Assembly (NCBI GenBank): GCA_965223705.1 | Contig: OZ245015.1 | Coordinates: 2,080,001-2,144,000 of the forward strand | Direction of reading: 5' to 3' | Length of the DNA stretch: 64,000 bases | Origin: Myxococcota bacterium | Lineage (GTDB): Bacteria > Myxococcota_A > UBA9160 > UBA6930 | Shown: positions 39,717 through 48,945 of the stretch, piece after piece | Position numbering within the stretch: the stretch's first letter is position 1 | How the letters are laid out: each line of letters starts with the position of its first letter | Made by a program: the position numbers and the translations under genes | Notes under the pieces: generated by a model | The model's input: only the letters and a program-made list of their open reading frames with translations | What the model was told of the DNA's origin: nothing | Databases searched by the model: none

Positions 39717-40175
39717 ATGGCTCTCGACCGCCTCGACTATGCCCTGGCCCGAAGCCGTGACCTGATGCAGGCGCGGATCGGCGAGGGAGAAGCGTGGCAC
39801 CGGGCACTCTCTCGAAGCCCCACCTTGTCGACCATCGCCGCTGACCCGCGCGTCAGCGATGCATCGTTCGAACGCTGCATCGAGGCCCTCGGCGATTCGT
39901 GGATCGCTCGGAGCCGGTCGCGAGCTCACCGCGGTCGCTGGAACTTTGGCGGGAGAACACGTGCCGAGGCGGGCGTCACCGGGGATACCGCCGTTCGTCT
40001 CGATTTTTGCTTCAGCGGCATCCCCGCCTCGGAACGGGTGATCTGGATCTCGGGACTGCTCGAGGATCTTTTGTCGGTCTCCTCGTCTCAAACGGCGCTC
40101 CGCACGTCGGCGAGCATCGCGCGTCGTTCGAAAGGGCGCGGTCTGTTGCGGCCTTCCTCGTCGAACTGGTGGTGA
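39717..40175 (+). CDS. hypothetical protein
   Basis: Fills the gap between 39679 and 40183; no motif recognised. Confidence 0.4.
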   Translation: MALDRLDYALARSRDLMQARIGEGEAWHRALSRSPTLSTIAADPRVSDASFERCIEALGDSWIARSRSRAHRGRWNFGGRTRAEAGVTGDTAVRLDFCFSGIPASERVIWISGLLEDLLSVSSSQTALRTSASIARRSKGRGLLRPSSSNWW

Positions 40176-40182
40176 GGGCGGG

Positions 40183-41373
40183 TCAGATCTTCTCGGCCCA
40201 ATACGCGGCGATCCGCGCGGCCGCTTCCGTCAGTTCCTCTTCACTCGCTGCAAACGAGAATCGGATATGTTCTGCGCCGCACGCCCCAAAACCGCGCCCG
40301 GCGAGGGCGGCGACACCGGCGCGTTCCAGCAGCTCTTCTTGCACTTCGTCCGCTGTCCGGCCGGCGAGCGAAACCTTCGGAAAGGCGTAGAACGCTCCGA
40401 GTGGTTCGGGGCAGGAGATTCCGGCGAGGCCATCGAACGCGGCGCGCAACCGGGTCCGTCGGCCCCGGAGCTCGTTGCGCATCGCGACGACGCTGTCTTG
40501 AGGCCCCTCGAGCGCGGCGCGCCCGGCGGCTTGCACGGCGTTGTTCACGCACGAATGATTGTTGACTGCGAGGCGCAGCGCGATCTCTCGAAACTCGGCG
40601 GGCCAGATGCAGTAGCCGAGGCGCCAACCCGTCATGGCGTAGGCCTTCGACCAGCCGTCGATCAGCAAGAGACGCGATCGGATTTCGGGAAACGAAAGCA
40701 AGCTCGCCGGGGGCTCGTCCGTGAAGTAGAGCGGGCGGTAGATTTCATCCGACGCCAACGCGACGTGCGGGTGTCGCTCGAGCCCGGCGCACAGCGCGGC
40801 GATCTCATCTCGGCTATAGACGCCTCCAGTCGGGTTCCCCGGGCTGTTCAACAAGATGAGGCGGGTGCGTTCGGTGACACGTTCGAGGACCGCATCGGGA
40901 TCCAGCGCGAACCCCCGGTCGGCGCGCAGGGGGTAGGGGACCGGGCTCGCTCCGGAGAGCGCGATCGTCGACCCGTAGATGGGAAACCCCGGATCGGGAT
41001 ACAGGATTTCCACGCCCGGTTCTCCAAAAGCCAAGGCGGCGAATAGCAAGCCGACCTTGGCGCCGGGGACGATGAAGACATCCTCGGGATGGACATCGTG
41101 ACCCTGCTTTTCGTGATGCGCCGCAACGGCTTCGCGCAGGGTGAGATGCCCCGCAGCTTCGGAGTAACCGTGGGGACCGTTGCGTACGGCGCGCTCGGCC
41201 GCTTCGAGGATATGCGGTGCCACCGGAAACTTCGGCTCGCCGATGCCCAAGTTGACGATCTCGCGCCCGGCCGCCCGCAGTTCGTTCACACGGGCGAGAA
41301 CCGAGAACGCGGACTCCGTTCCGAGGTGCTGCGCGCGCGCGGAGGCGCGGATTTTCGGGGGGCTCGCCCTCAG
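40183..41373 (-). CDS. PLP-dependent aminotransferase class I/II (aspartate aminotransferase-like), probable CTG start
   Basis: NLGIGEP, NSPGNPTG, SDEIY, DGWSKAYAMTGWRLGY; family-typical LGTESAFSVLAR lies upstream of the GTG at 41289. Confidence 0.92.
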   Translation of the reverse strand: MRASPPKIRASARAQHLGTESAFSVLARVNELRAAGREIVNLGIGEPKFPVAPHILEAAERAVRNGPHGYSEAAGHLTLREAVAAHHEKQGHDVHPEDVFIVPGAKVGLLFAALAFGEPGVEILYPDPGFPIYGSTIALSGASPVPYPLRADRGFALDPDAVLERVTERTRLILLNSPGNPTGGVYSRDEIAALCAGLERHPHVALASDEIYRPLYFTDEPPASLLSFPEIRSRLLLIDGWSKAYAMTGWRLGYCIWPAEFREIALRLAVNNHSCVNNAVQAAGRAALEGPQDSVVAMRNELRGRRTRLRAAFDGLAGISCPEPLGAFYAFPKVSLAGRTADEVQEELLERAGVAALAGRGFGACGAEHIRFSFAASEEELTEAAARIAAYWAEKI

Positions 41374-42542
41374 CCCTGTTCGCCTTCAAACGCGAAGCGT
41401 CGGTCCGCCGCCGGGATCTCCGCTTCCTCGAGCCCCAGCTCCTTGCGCACGAGGTTCGTACCGCGCACCAGGGCGATGCATTTGTAGTAGGCAATGCGTC
41501 GCGACATCCCCTCGCGGCCGAACCCGCAATCGGCGCTGATGATCAGGCGCTCCGGCGGGACGTATTCGAGCGCTCGGCGGATGATGTCCGCGATCATTTC
41601 CGGCCGTTCGACCGTCGTGCGCGTGTGATCCACGACGCCGATCGCGATCTTCTTGTCCGTCGGGTACTGCTTCAGCAGCGACATGTCTCGGCCGTGATTG
41701 CTCGCACCTTCGAGCATGAGTACGTCGGCGTCGAGGGCCAATAGGTACGGCAGGGACCGTTCATAGCTCGGGCGCTCCCAGTAGAAGCTCTGCTGGTTCG
41801 GATTTCCCCAACACGTATGCGCCCAAATCTCGGTGGCAACGCCGGCCACCTCGCGGTTGAACGCCTCGGTGTAGAACTCGAGATCCTTGTCGGTCGCCGG
41901 AGGCGTCGCCGCGCACGCGAAGTGGTGCGGGGGTTCCTCCACCTGAATCACCGGACAACCCGCGTCCGCCAGCTCTCGGAGCTCCTCGTTCAGGGCGTCC
42001 GCGAGGGCGAGGACGAGATCCTGGTCGCTCGCGTAGTGCTCGTTCCAGAGCATCATCGGCAGGCAGCTCGCACTGATCGAACCGAACTTCACGGGCCGCT
42101 TGGTCATCCGCTGCGCGGTCTTCCAAGCCGCCGTGAAGTGAAGCGGCCCGCGGGTCACGGGGCCGGTCACCGCCGGCGGGTGGTAAGCCTCCTGGACCTC
42201 GTAGAGGATGTCGCCCGGCGCCATATCGGCGTACTCGAGGAAGTGCGACGAGTCGCGAAACCCACCGATGCCGTTGAGACGCTCGATGGTGTAGAAGAAC
42301 CACGAGCGGCCACCGACCTCGAGATCGAATCGCGCATCGCCATCGACGAGGATGTCGAGCCCGGCTCTTTCTTGTTCATTGATGTAACAAGCCACCGCGT
42401 CGGTGTATTGCTCGCGGTAGAGGGAATCACCCAGCGCCACTTTGAGGGGACGACCCCGCAGGCTCTCGGTGTACCACGCGGGGCGTGGAAAGGAACCCAC
42501 CATGGCGGTGGGGAGCACGAGGTCGGCAGTGGCATTCAGCAT
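41370..42542 (-). CDS. cobalamin-independent methionine synthase II family protein (MetE C-terminal-like)
   Basis: VGSFPRP, AGLDILVDG, IQVEEP, HTCWGN, SADCGFG (His/Cys/Cys Zn ligands). Confidence 0.9.
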   Translation of the reverse strand: MLNATADLVLPTAMVGSFPRPAWYTESLRGRPLKVALGDSLYREQYTDAVACYINEQERAGLDILVDGDARFDLEVGGRSWFFYTIERLNGIGGFRDSSHFLEYADMAPGDILYEVQEAYHPPAVTGPVTRGPLHFTAAWKTAQRMTKRPVKFGSISASCLPMMLWNEHYASDQDLVLALADALNEELRELADAGCPVIQVEEPPHHFACAATPPATDKDLEFYTEAFNREVAGVATEIWAHTCWGNPNQQSFYWERPSYERSLPYLLALDADVLMLEGASNHGRDMSLLKQYPTDKKIAIGVVDHTRTTVERPEMIADIIRRALEYVPPERLIISADCGFGREGMSRRIAYYKCIALVRGTNLVRKELGLEEAEIPAADRRFAFEGEQG

Positions 42543-42644
42543 CGTTACGGTTCTCCGCGGCGAGTTGACGGCGCTCCGAGAATCCTAACACCGCCGTCGA
42601 CCGATCGACCGATAACCCGGGAAAGACCGAGGGAGAATTCGAGT

Positions 42645-43733
42645 CTGTCCGACGCACGCCGCAAGAACCTCCGTCGGGCGCTCCGCGCTCTCGGGGCGGT
42701 GTGTCTGCTCGTCGTCCTGTTCGTATGGGTCGACCTCGCGACATTCTGGGAGAGCCTGGCCGCACTGAGCCCCGGTGTCGTCCTCTTGCTCGTCGCCTTG
42801 GCGACTCTCGACCGTTTCTTGATGGCCGGAAAGTGGCGTCATATCGCCGCGGGCACCGGGTTTCACGCGCCGATGGGCACTTTCCTCCGCGCCTATTACG
42901 GGGCGTCCTTCTTGAGCTACGTCCTGCCGACGACGATCGGCGGTGACGTCTACCGGGGAATGCGCGGCGCACGGGAAGCCCCTCTGTCGCGCGTGTTGGC
43001 CAGCATGGTGATGGAGCGGTGGGTCGGGGTCTTGGCGAGCCTGGTCTTGGCCGGGGCGGGTCTGATTTGGCTCCTCGCTGGCCCGAGCGGCTCAGCCGTG
43101 TTGTCGCTCCCGGGCGGGTTGCCGGTCTGGCTCGGCGCCGGTCTCGCCGCACTGTTTGCGTCGCTGTGGTTGTCGTTCCAGCCGGGACCCCAGGCGGGGC
43201 TCCTGCGGCTGGCCGGGCGGCTCGGCCTCGCCGGCCCCATCGGGGCTTGGCTCGACGCCCACCGATCCTACGCCAGCCGGCCCGGCCTGCTGATCGTGAA
43301 CGGCCTGCTGGCGCTTCTGGAGAACGGGGTCCAGATCGCGATCCTGTTCGTCGCGGCACGCGAAATAGGGGTGGAAAACGCCACAATCGAGCTGTTGTCC
43401 GTTATTTCACTCGCACGTTTTGTCCGGAGGCTGTCGATGTTGCTAGACGGGTGGGGTTTCTCCGAGGCTCTGCATATCCTCCTGTTTGGGTGGATTGGGA
43501 TCGCCGGAGGGACCGCCTTGGCGATCTCCCTGGTGGGGCACGCGGCGGGCATCGTCGCCAGCCTTCCCGGGGCATGTTTTGTCTGGGTCGATCGTCGGGA
43601 CGTGAGAGCAGCTGGTGAACGAGTCCGCACAAACGACGAAGCTTCTGCGCCGGTTCCTCGTCCCGAGGTGGTTCGTAACACTGTTCTACGCGATCCGAGA
43701 TCGCGCGAAGGTGAGTCCTCGGGCGGAAGTTGA
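42645..43733 (+). CDS. lysylphosphatidylglycerol synthase TM-domain (UPF0104) flippase-like membrane protein
   Basis: Multiple TM helices; KW, LPTTIGGDVYR, SMVMERWVG; start uncertain (CTG 42645 or GTG 42699). Confidence 0.85.
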   Translation: MSDARRKNLRRALRALGAVCLLVVLFVWVDLATFWESLAALSPGVVLLLVALATLDRFLMAGKWRHIAAGTGFHAPMGTFLRAYYGASFLSYVLPTTIGGDVYRGMRGAREAPLSRVLASMVMERWVGVLASLVLAGAGLIWLLAGPSGSAVLSLPGGLPVWLGAGLAALFASLWLSFQPGPQAGLLRLAGRLGLAGPIGAWLDAHRSYASRPGLLIVNGLLALLENGVQIAILFVAAREIGVENATIELLSVISLARFVRRLSMLLDGWGFSEALHILLFGWIGIAGGTALAISLVGHAAGIVASLPGACFVWVDRRDVRAAGERVRTNDEASAPVPRPEVVRNTVLRDPRSREGESSGGS

Positions 43734-44172
43734 GCTGACCTCACGACTCACGTTTGGGCGCGGCGTCACCGTGAGTTCCTTCACCAAGATCAAGGCCAGC
43801 GAAGGGCCGCTCACCATCGGAGAAAAGAGTGGCTTCGCGACCGGCTGTTTCTTAAGCGCTGGGGCCGCTGGGCTCGACATCGGACATCACGTGATCTGCG
43901 GCCCGAACGTCGCGATCGTGTCCCGCCACTACCGCCACACCGAACTCGACGTGCCCTTCGAAGAGCAGGGCCAGGAGTCCCAAGGGGTCTCCATCGGAAA
44001 CAACGTTTGGATCGGCGCGAATTCGACCGTCGTCGACGGTGCGGTCATCCGCGACAACACGATCGTCGTCGCAGGCAGTCTCGTGAATCGCCGCTATCCG
44101 CCGAACGTCGTACTCCAGGGCGCTCCCGCTCGCGTCATTCTGCGCCGGGGTAAGCCCGAGGACGACGCATGA
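43615..44172 (+). CDS. hexapeptide-repeat acyltransferase
   Basis: IGHHVICGPNV, VSIGNNVWIGANS, GAPARVI. Confidence 0.92.
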   Translation: MNESAQTTKLLRRFLVPRWFVTLFYAIRDRAKVSPRAEVELTSRLTFGRGVTVSSFTKIKASEGPLTIGEKSGFATGCFLSAGAAGLDIGHHVICGPNVAIVSRHYRHTELDVPFEEQGQESQGVSIGNNVWIGANSTVVDGAVIRDNTIVVAGSLVNRRYPPNVVLQGAPARVILRRGKPEDDA

Positions 44173-44468
44173 GAGCGGCTGTTGTGCGACTGGTTGAAAA
44201 GGCGATTGCCGAACTCAACCAGGAGCTCGAATACGAAGAGCTCGAGAAAATCACGGAAGCCACGCGGCTGCTCGGCGGCGACGCCGGTCTCGACTCGCTG
44301 TCGCTGGTCGCGCTCATCGTCGCGATCGAAGAGGATGTCCAGGACCAGTTTGGCCGCCCCGTCGTTCTTGCGGACGAGCGGGCGATGTCCCGCAAGAACT
44401 CCCCGTACCGAACGGTGGGAGCGCTGGTAGATTTCGTCGTCGAGCGACTCGGTTCGTGCAATGGATGA
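44169..44468 (+). CDS. acyl carrier protein
   Basis: GLDSLSLV phosphopantetheine site; acidic, 99 aa. Confidence 0.9.
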   Translation: MRAAVVRLVEKAIAELNQELEYEELEKITEATRLLGGDAGLDSLSLVALIVAIEEDVQDQFGRPVVLADERAMSRKNSPYRTVGALVDFVVERLGSCNG

Positions 44469-45186
44469 CGCCACGGAGCGCTCGCGCGAGGTCATGATCG
44501 TGACCGGGGCGAGTCGCGGAATCGGTCGCGCTCTCTGCGAGAACTACGCCGAGCGGGGCTTCGAGGTGTTCGGTTGCAGTCGCCGTGAGAGCGACCTCGA
44601 CCACCCGCAGTATCACCACGCACTCGTCGATGTCGGCGACGAGGACGACGTGCTGAAGTTCGTGCGCGAGGTCGGGAGCGCGTTTGGGCGGATCGACGCG
44701 CTCATCAACAACGCCGGTGTCGCTTCGATGAATCACGCGCTTCTCACGCCCATGCGGACCGTCGAGAACATCCTGCGGACGAACGTGCAGGGCAGCTTTC
44801 TGTTCTGCCGCGAGGCCGCCAAAGTGATGATGAAGCGGCGGCACGGGCGCATCGTCAATCTGGCGACGGTGGCGACCCCATTGCGGCTTGAAGGCGAAGC
44901 GATCTACGCCGCTTCAAAAGCGGCGGTGTGCTCGCTCACCGAGATCTTGGCGCGCGAGTTCGGGGACTTTGGCATCACGGTCAACGCCCTCGGTCCCACG
45001 CCGATCGAAACCGATCTCATCCGCGGTGTGCCGCGCGAAAAAATCGATCAATTGATCGAGCACCAGGCGGTGAAGCGAATGTGTACGTTTCGCGACATCG
45101 CGAACGCGATCGACTTCTTCCTCGCGCCGGATAGCGACTTCGTCACGGGGCAGGTCCTGTACCTGGGCGGAGTCCCGGGCCGTTGA
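44461..45186 (+). CDS. FabG-like SDR oxidoreductase
   Basis: TGASRGIG, LINNAG, YAASK. Confidence 0.92.
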   Translation: MDDATERSREVMIVTGASRGIGRALCENYAERGFEVFGCSRRESDLDHPQYHHALVDVGDEDDVLKFVREVGSAFGRIDALINNAGVASMNHALLTPMRTVENILRTNVQGSFLFCREAAKVMMKRRHGRIVNLATVATPLRLEGEAIYAASKAAVCSLTEILAREFGDFGITVNALGPTPIETDLIRGVPREKIDQLIEHQAVKRMCTFRDIANAIDFFLAPDSDFVTGQVLYLGGVPGR

Positions 45187-46535
45187 CGCCCGACGCGTTC
45201 GTCGACCGTCTTCGGAAATTCGGCGATCGCAGCGCGCTCCTGTCGGATCGAGGAGAAGTTTCGTACGTCGAATTGCTGGCGGCGGTGGACCGCTTTGAGA
45301 GCGAGCTGTTGTCGCGCGGCGTGTCTCCCCGCGAGATCATCGCGATCGCCTCGGATTTTTCTCTCGAGGGAGTCGCGCTCCTACTCGCCGCGATGCGCTC
45401 GGGCGCCATCGCCCTGTTGCTCCCGACGACTTCGGCGCGGGAGCCCGTTCTGGCGAACGCGGTCTCCGCGCGTGGGATCTACGTCGAGATAGGTGACGGG
45501 GGTCTCCGTTGGCAGGGACTCGCCGCCGGAGACGCGCCGCCCGCGACCGTGACGGAATCTCTCGGGCCCGGCCGTGGCGGGTTCGCCATCTACACGTCGG
45601 GCTCTGAAGGATCGCCAAAAGCTGTGCTGCACGCCTCCTGGCGGTGGCTCTCGAAGTACGAACGTCGGGGCAAGCCGCTGCGTACGTTGGCGTTCCTGCT
45701 GTTCGATCACATCGCCGGCCTCGATACGCTCTTCTATACGCTCGGCGCGGGCGGCACACTCGTTCTCACCCGGGATCGCAGCCCGGACGGGGTGTGCGCG
45801 GCAATCGAGCGGTTCGGTGTCGAAGTGCTTCCGACGTCGCCGACGTTTTGCCGCCTGCTTTGCCTGGGGGACGCCCCCGAACGCTTTGACCTGTCGACCC
45901 TCCGAACCTTGGCGTACGGGTCCGAGCCCATGTCCGAGGCCACGCTCGCGGCACTGGCGGAGCGTCTGCCGGGCGTGGAGCTCGTGCAACGCTACGGCAC
46001 CTCGGAGCTCGGCAGTCCGGCGAGTCGATCGCGGAGCGGTAAGAGCACCTGGCTCTCGATTCGCCCCGACGACCTCGAGGTCGACGTCCGCGACGGACTG
46101 CTCTGGGTCCGTTCCGAGCGAGCGATGCTCGGTTACCTCAATGCGCCCCAACCGTTCGACGCCGACGGGTGGTACTGCACCGGGGATCGCGTCGAACGCG
46201 ATGGCGATTGGCTCCGCATCCTCGGGCGCGACTCGGACTGGATCAATGTCGGTGGCGAGAAGGTTTCGCCCCAGGAAGTCCGGGCCGTTCTCGAGGAGCT
46301 CCCCTATGTGCGATCGGCGCGCGTCGCTGGCTTGGCCCACGCGATTCTCGGTGAGGTGGTTCACGCCTCACTCGCGCTCACCGAGGACGCTCCGCGCGGA
46401 GCTGCACTGCGAAGAGCGGTTCGTGCACATTGCCGAGGGACGCTCGATCCGCACAAAGTGCCGGTCAAGATCGAGGCGGTGTCCGACGCGGAGACCCTCG
46501 GTGCGAAAGGTCGAAGGCTCGCTCCGAAGGGGTAG
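45183..46535 (+). CDS. AMP-binding acyl-CoA/acyl-ACP ligase
   Basis: YTSGSEGSPK, YGTSE, WYCTGD, GR...INVGGEKV, HKVP. Confidence 0.92.
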   Translation: MTPDAFVDRLRKFGDRSALLSDRGEVSYVELLAAVDRFESELLSRGVSPREIIAIASDFSLEGVALLLAAMRSGAIALLLPTTSAREPVLANAVSARGIYVEIGDGGLRWQGLAAGDAPPATVTESLGPGRGGFAIYTSGSEGSPKAVLHASWRWLSKYERRGKPLRTLAFLLFDHIAGLDTLFYTLGAGGTLVLTRDRSPDGVCAAIERFGVEVLPTSPTFCRLLCLGDAPERFDLSTLRTLAYGSEPMSEATLAALAERLPGVELVQRYGTSELGSPASRSRSGKSTWLSIRPDDLEVDVRDGLLWVRSERAMLGYLNAPQPFDADGWYCTGDRVERDGDWLRILGRDSDWINVGGEKVSPQEVRAVLEELPYVRSARVAGLAHAILGEVVHASLALTEDAPRGAALRRAVRAHCRGTLDPHKVPVKIEAVSDAETLGAKGRRLAPKG

Positions 46536-46548
46536 GCGTTCCTATCCG

Positions 46549-46562
46549 TTGACTCAGGTCAA
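46549..46562. promoter_or_regulatory. TTGAC-N4-GTCAA palindrome (CRP/FNR-family-like box)
   Basis: TTGACtcagGTCAA, 64 nt upstream of the ATG at 46627. Confidence 0.5.
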
Positions 46563-46626
46563 GTAGGGAGCCGGATCGGGCGATGTCATCGGGGACCCCG
46601 TGCGCGGGTAACCCGGGAAACGCCCC

Positions 46627-48843
46627 ATGCCGAAACTATTTATCCTTCCGTTTGCTTCTCCTGCCGACCTCGAGACGCTCGCGACTGCGGTGTCTCAGGC
46701 GATCCCGAGCGATGTGCTCCTGGGGGACCTCTCGCCGCCCGAGCAGGCCTCGCTCTGGGACGTCGAGCGGGTCGCCGGGGACTTCTACGTCTTCGGTCGC
46801 GGCAACTTGGGCCGCGGCAATTTGCCGGGGCGGAAGGACACCTGGGCGCGGGTCGCAGCCGGCGATGTGATGCTGCTCGCGACGGAAGGTCGCTACCGCT
46901 ACGGCTTTCGCATCCTCGCGACGGTTACCGAGAAACTCGCCGACCGGATGCTGGAGGGCGCCGATCGGAAGCGATCGGTCGGCTCGCCCGCATTTCTCGT
47001 CAGCGAGCCCGAGGTGGTCGACCGCGCGATCATGAGTTCCATCGCCACGACGGCCGGGCCGGGCAACGCCCTCGGCGAAGTTCCCGAAGCCGCGATTCGC
47101 GCCTTGGAGAACTCCCACGGATCACTGGACGCGTTCCTGCGCGACGCGGTCGGGGCGGAGCGAACCGCGAGTTGCAGCGTTCCGACCGAAGAGGTCGTGC
47201 CGCCCTTGAAAGAGTCACCCCGGAAAGGGTCGAAGTCGGCCGCGCCGAAGAAAGAAATCGCGGATACCGGGGATCCCGAGCTCAACGAACGGCTCATCGC
47301 GAAAAAGAAACGCCGCCGAACGCGCGCAGCCGCGGTGCCGGAACTCGATCTCGAGTTGGATTTCGATCACAGCGCCGTGACAGGCGGGCTGGCGACCGCT
47401 CGGCGAGTGATGGTCGACCTCGCGGCGCTTTCGCTCGCACTCCTTCTTGTGTTCTCCCTCGTGCGCGGGTTGATGGCCGACCGGCTGTGGGTCGACCCGA
47501 TCAGCGTGCCGCAGTCCATGGCCGCGGAAGGCATGGGTGAAACGTTCGTCGCGCTTCAGCTCGTCGACGCGATCGATGACATCCGCCTCGAGGTCTCGGA
47601 GCGCTCGGGGGAGGGCCTGCTCGGGAGTTGGGGTGTGGGCGAACCCGTCGCGACGGCGTCGGCCAGCTCCTGGGAACACCTTCTCGCGAATTTGCGCGGC
47701 CTCGTCGGCAACGCCGACCCTCATGTACGCGGCGGTTTGATGCGGCGAGCCACAGGGCTCGGCGCGAGGTTGCGCCTCGCCGGGGAGTCGATTTCGTTGG
47801 ACGGTCCCGTCTACAACGATGCGTTCATCGACGACGCGGCCGAGGGCATCGTCCGCTACGCCGAGCCCGTCGTATTTTCGAGCTACCTCACACTGGCGGC
47901 CGAAGACGAACTCGGAGAGAAACGCTACGTGGAAGCGGAGCGTCTCGCTCGCGACGCCCTCGACTTGGCACCGGAGCAGGCGCGCGCCCACGTTGTGTGG
48001 GGGGCGGCGCTCGCGGGCTTGGGCAACCCCGAGGCTGCGATCGAGCATTATGAGCAAGCCGAAAGACTCAACGCCGAGCTCCCCATCCTGCATCGCCGTT
48101 GGGCCGAAGCCGAGCTCGCTCTGGGGGAGACGGCGCGCGCCGAAGAGCGCTTTGCCCGCGCAGTCACCGGCGAAACGGGCACCGCGACCTGGTTGACGGA
48201 TTGGGCGGAGCTCCTCCGCGAGCAAGGTGCCTACCAGGAAGCGCAGCGTCACCTCGAACGGGCCACCGAGCTCGAGCCCACGCGCGCGTCGGCTTGGAAC
48301 AACTGGGGCCTGGTGCTGCGGGCGCAGGGAGATTTTACGGGCGCACTCGCGAAGTACCGGCGCGCGGCGGAGCTCGATCCCGAGAACGCACAGATCTACT
48401 ACAACTGGGGCAACGCGCTCAACGCGATGAAACAGTTCGACGACGCGATCGAGAAGTACAGCATCGCGGCGACGCGAGATCCGGAGTTTGCGCCGGTGCA
48501 CAACAACTGGGGGGTCGCACTCGCGAGCAGCGGGAACCACGGTGCAGCCATCGACCAGTACCGTCTCGCCGTCGAACTCGACGCCGAATACACCGAGGCG
48601 ATCAGCAACTGGGGGCTCGCACTTCACGAGCTCGAAGACTATGTCGGGGCGGAGGAGCGCTTCGCCGCGGCGAGTCAGATCGATCCGAACTCTGCGGCCG
48701 TGTACTACAACTGGGGACGTGCGCTCCACGCGCGGCGGCGGATCGACGACGCTGTGGCGAAGTACGAGCGAGCGATGGAACTCGATCCCGAGAGCTTTGC
48801 CTTTGTCGGCAATCGCATCGAAACGATGCGCGAGGATCGCTGA
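46627..48843 (+). CDS. membrane-anchored TPR protein with an unusual N-terminal domain
   Basis: TM LAALSLALLLVFSLV; roughly nine TPRs (AWNNWG, IYYNWG, VHNNWG, AISNWG, VYYNWG). Confidence 0.9.
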   Translation: MPKLFILPFASPADLETLATAVSQAIPSDVLLGDLSPPEQASLWDVERVAGDFYVFGRGNLGRGNLPGRKDTWARVAAGDVMLLATEGRYRYGFRILATVTEKLADRMLEGADRKRSVGSPAFLVSEPEVVDRAIMSSIATTAGPGNALGEVPEAAIRALENSHGSLDAFLRDAVGAERTASCSVPTEEVVPPLKESPRKGSKSAAPKKEIADTGDPELNERLIAKKKRRRTRAAAVPELDLELDFDHSAVTGGLATARRVMVDLAALSLALLLVFSLVRGLMADRLWVDPISVPQSMAAEGMGETFVALQLVDAIDDIRLEVSERSGEGLLGSWGVGEPVATASASSWEHLLANLRGLVGNADPHVRGGLMRRATGLGARLRLAGESISLDGPVYNDAFIDDAAEGIVRYAEPVVFSSYLTLAAEDELGEKRYVEAERLARDALDLAPEQARAHVVWGAALAGLGNPEAAIEHYEQAERLNAELPILHRRWAEAELALGETARAEERFARAVTGETGTATWLTDWAELLREQGAYQEAQRHLERATELEPTRASAWNNWGLVLRAQGDFTGALAKYRRAAELDPENAQIYYNWGNALNAMKQFDDAIEKYSIAATRDPEFAPVHNNWGVALASSGNHGAAIDQYRLAVELDAEYTEAISNWGLALHELEDYVGAEERFAAASQIDPNSAAVYYNWGRALHARRRIDDAVAKYERAMELDPESFAFVGNRIETMREDR

Positions 48844-48866
48844 CCCGAAAAGCCTCCGGGTTTTTT
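48843..48866 (+). terminator. putative intrinsic terminator
   Basis: ACCCG...CGGGT stem running into a T6 tract right after the stop codon; short stem. Confidence 0.5.
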
Positions 48867-48945
48867 CACCCACTTCAAAAGTGGGGGTTTCTCGTACCTT
48901 GCGGAGGTGTCTGCGGCGCCTAACTTGCTCGGTCCCCGGAGAGAC

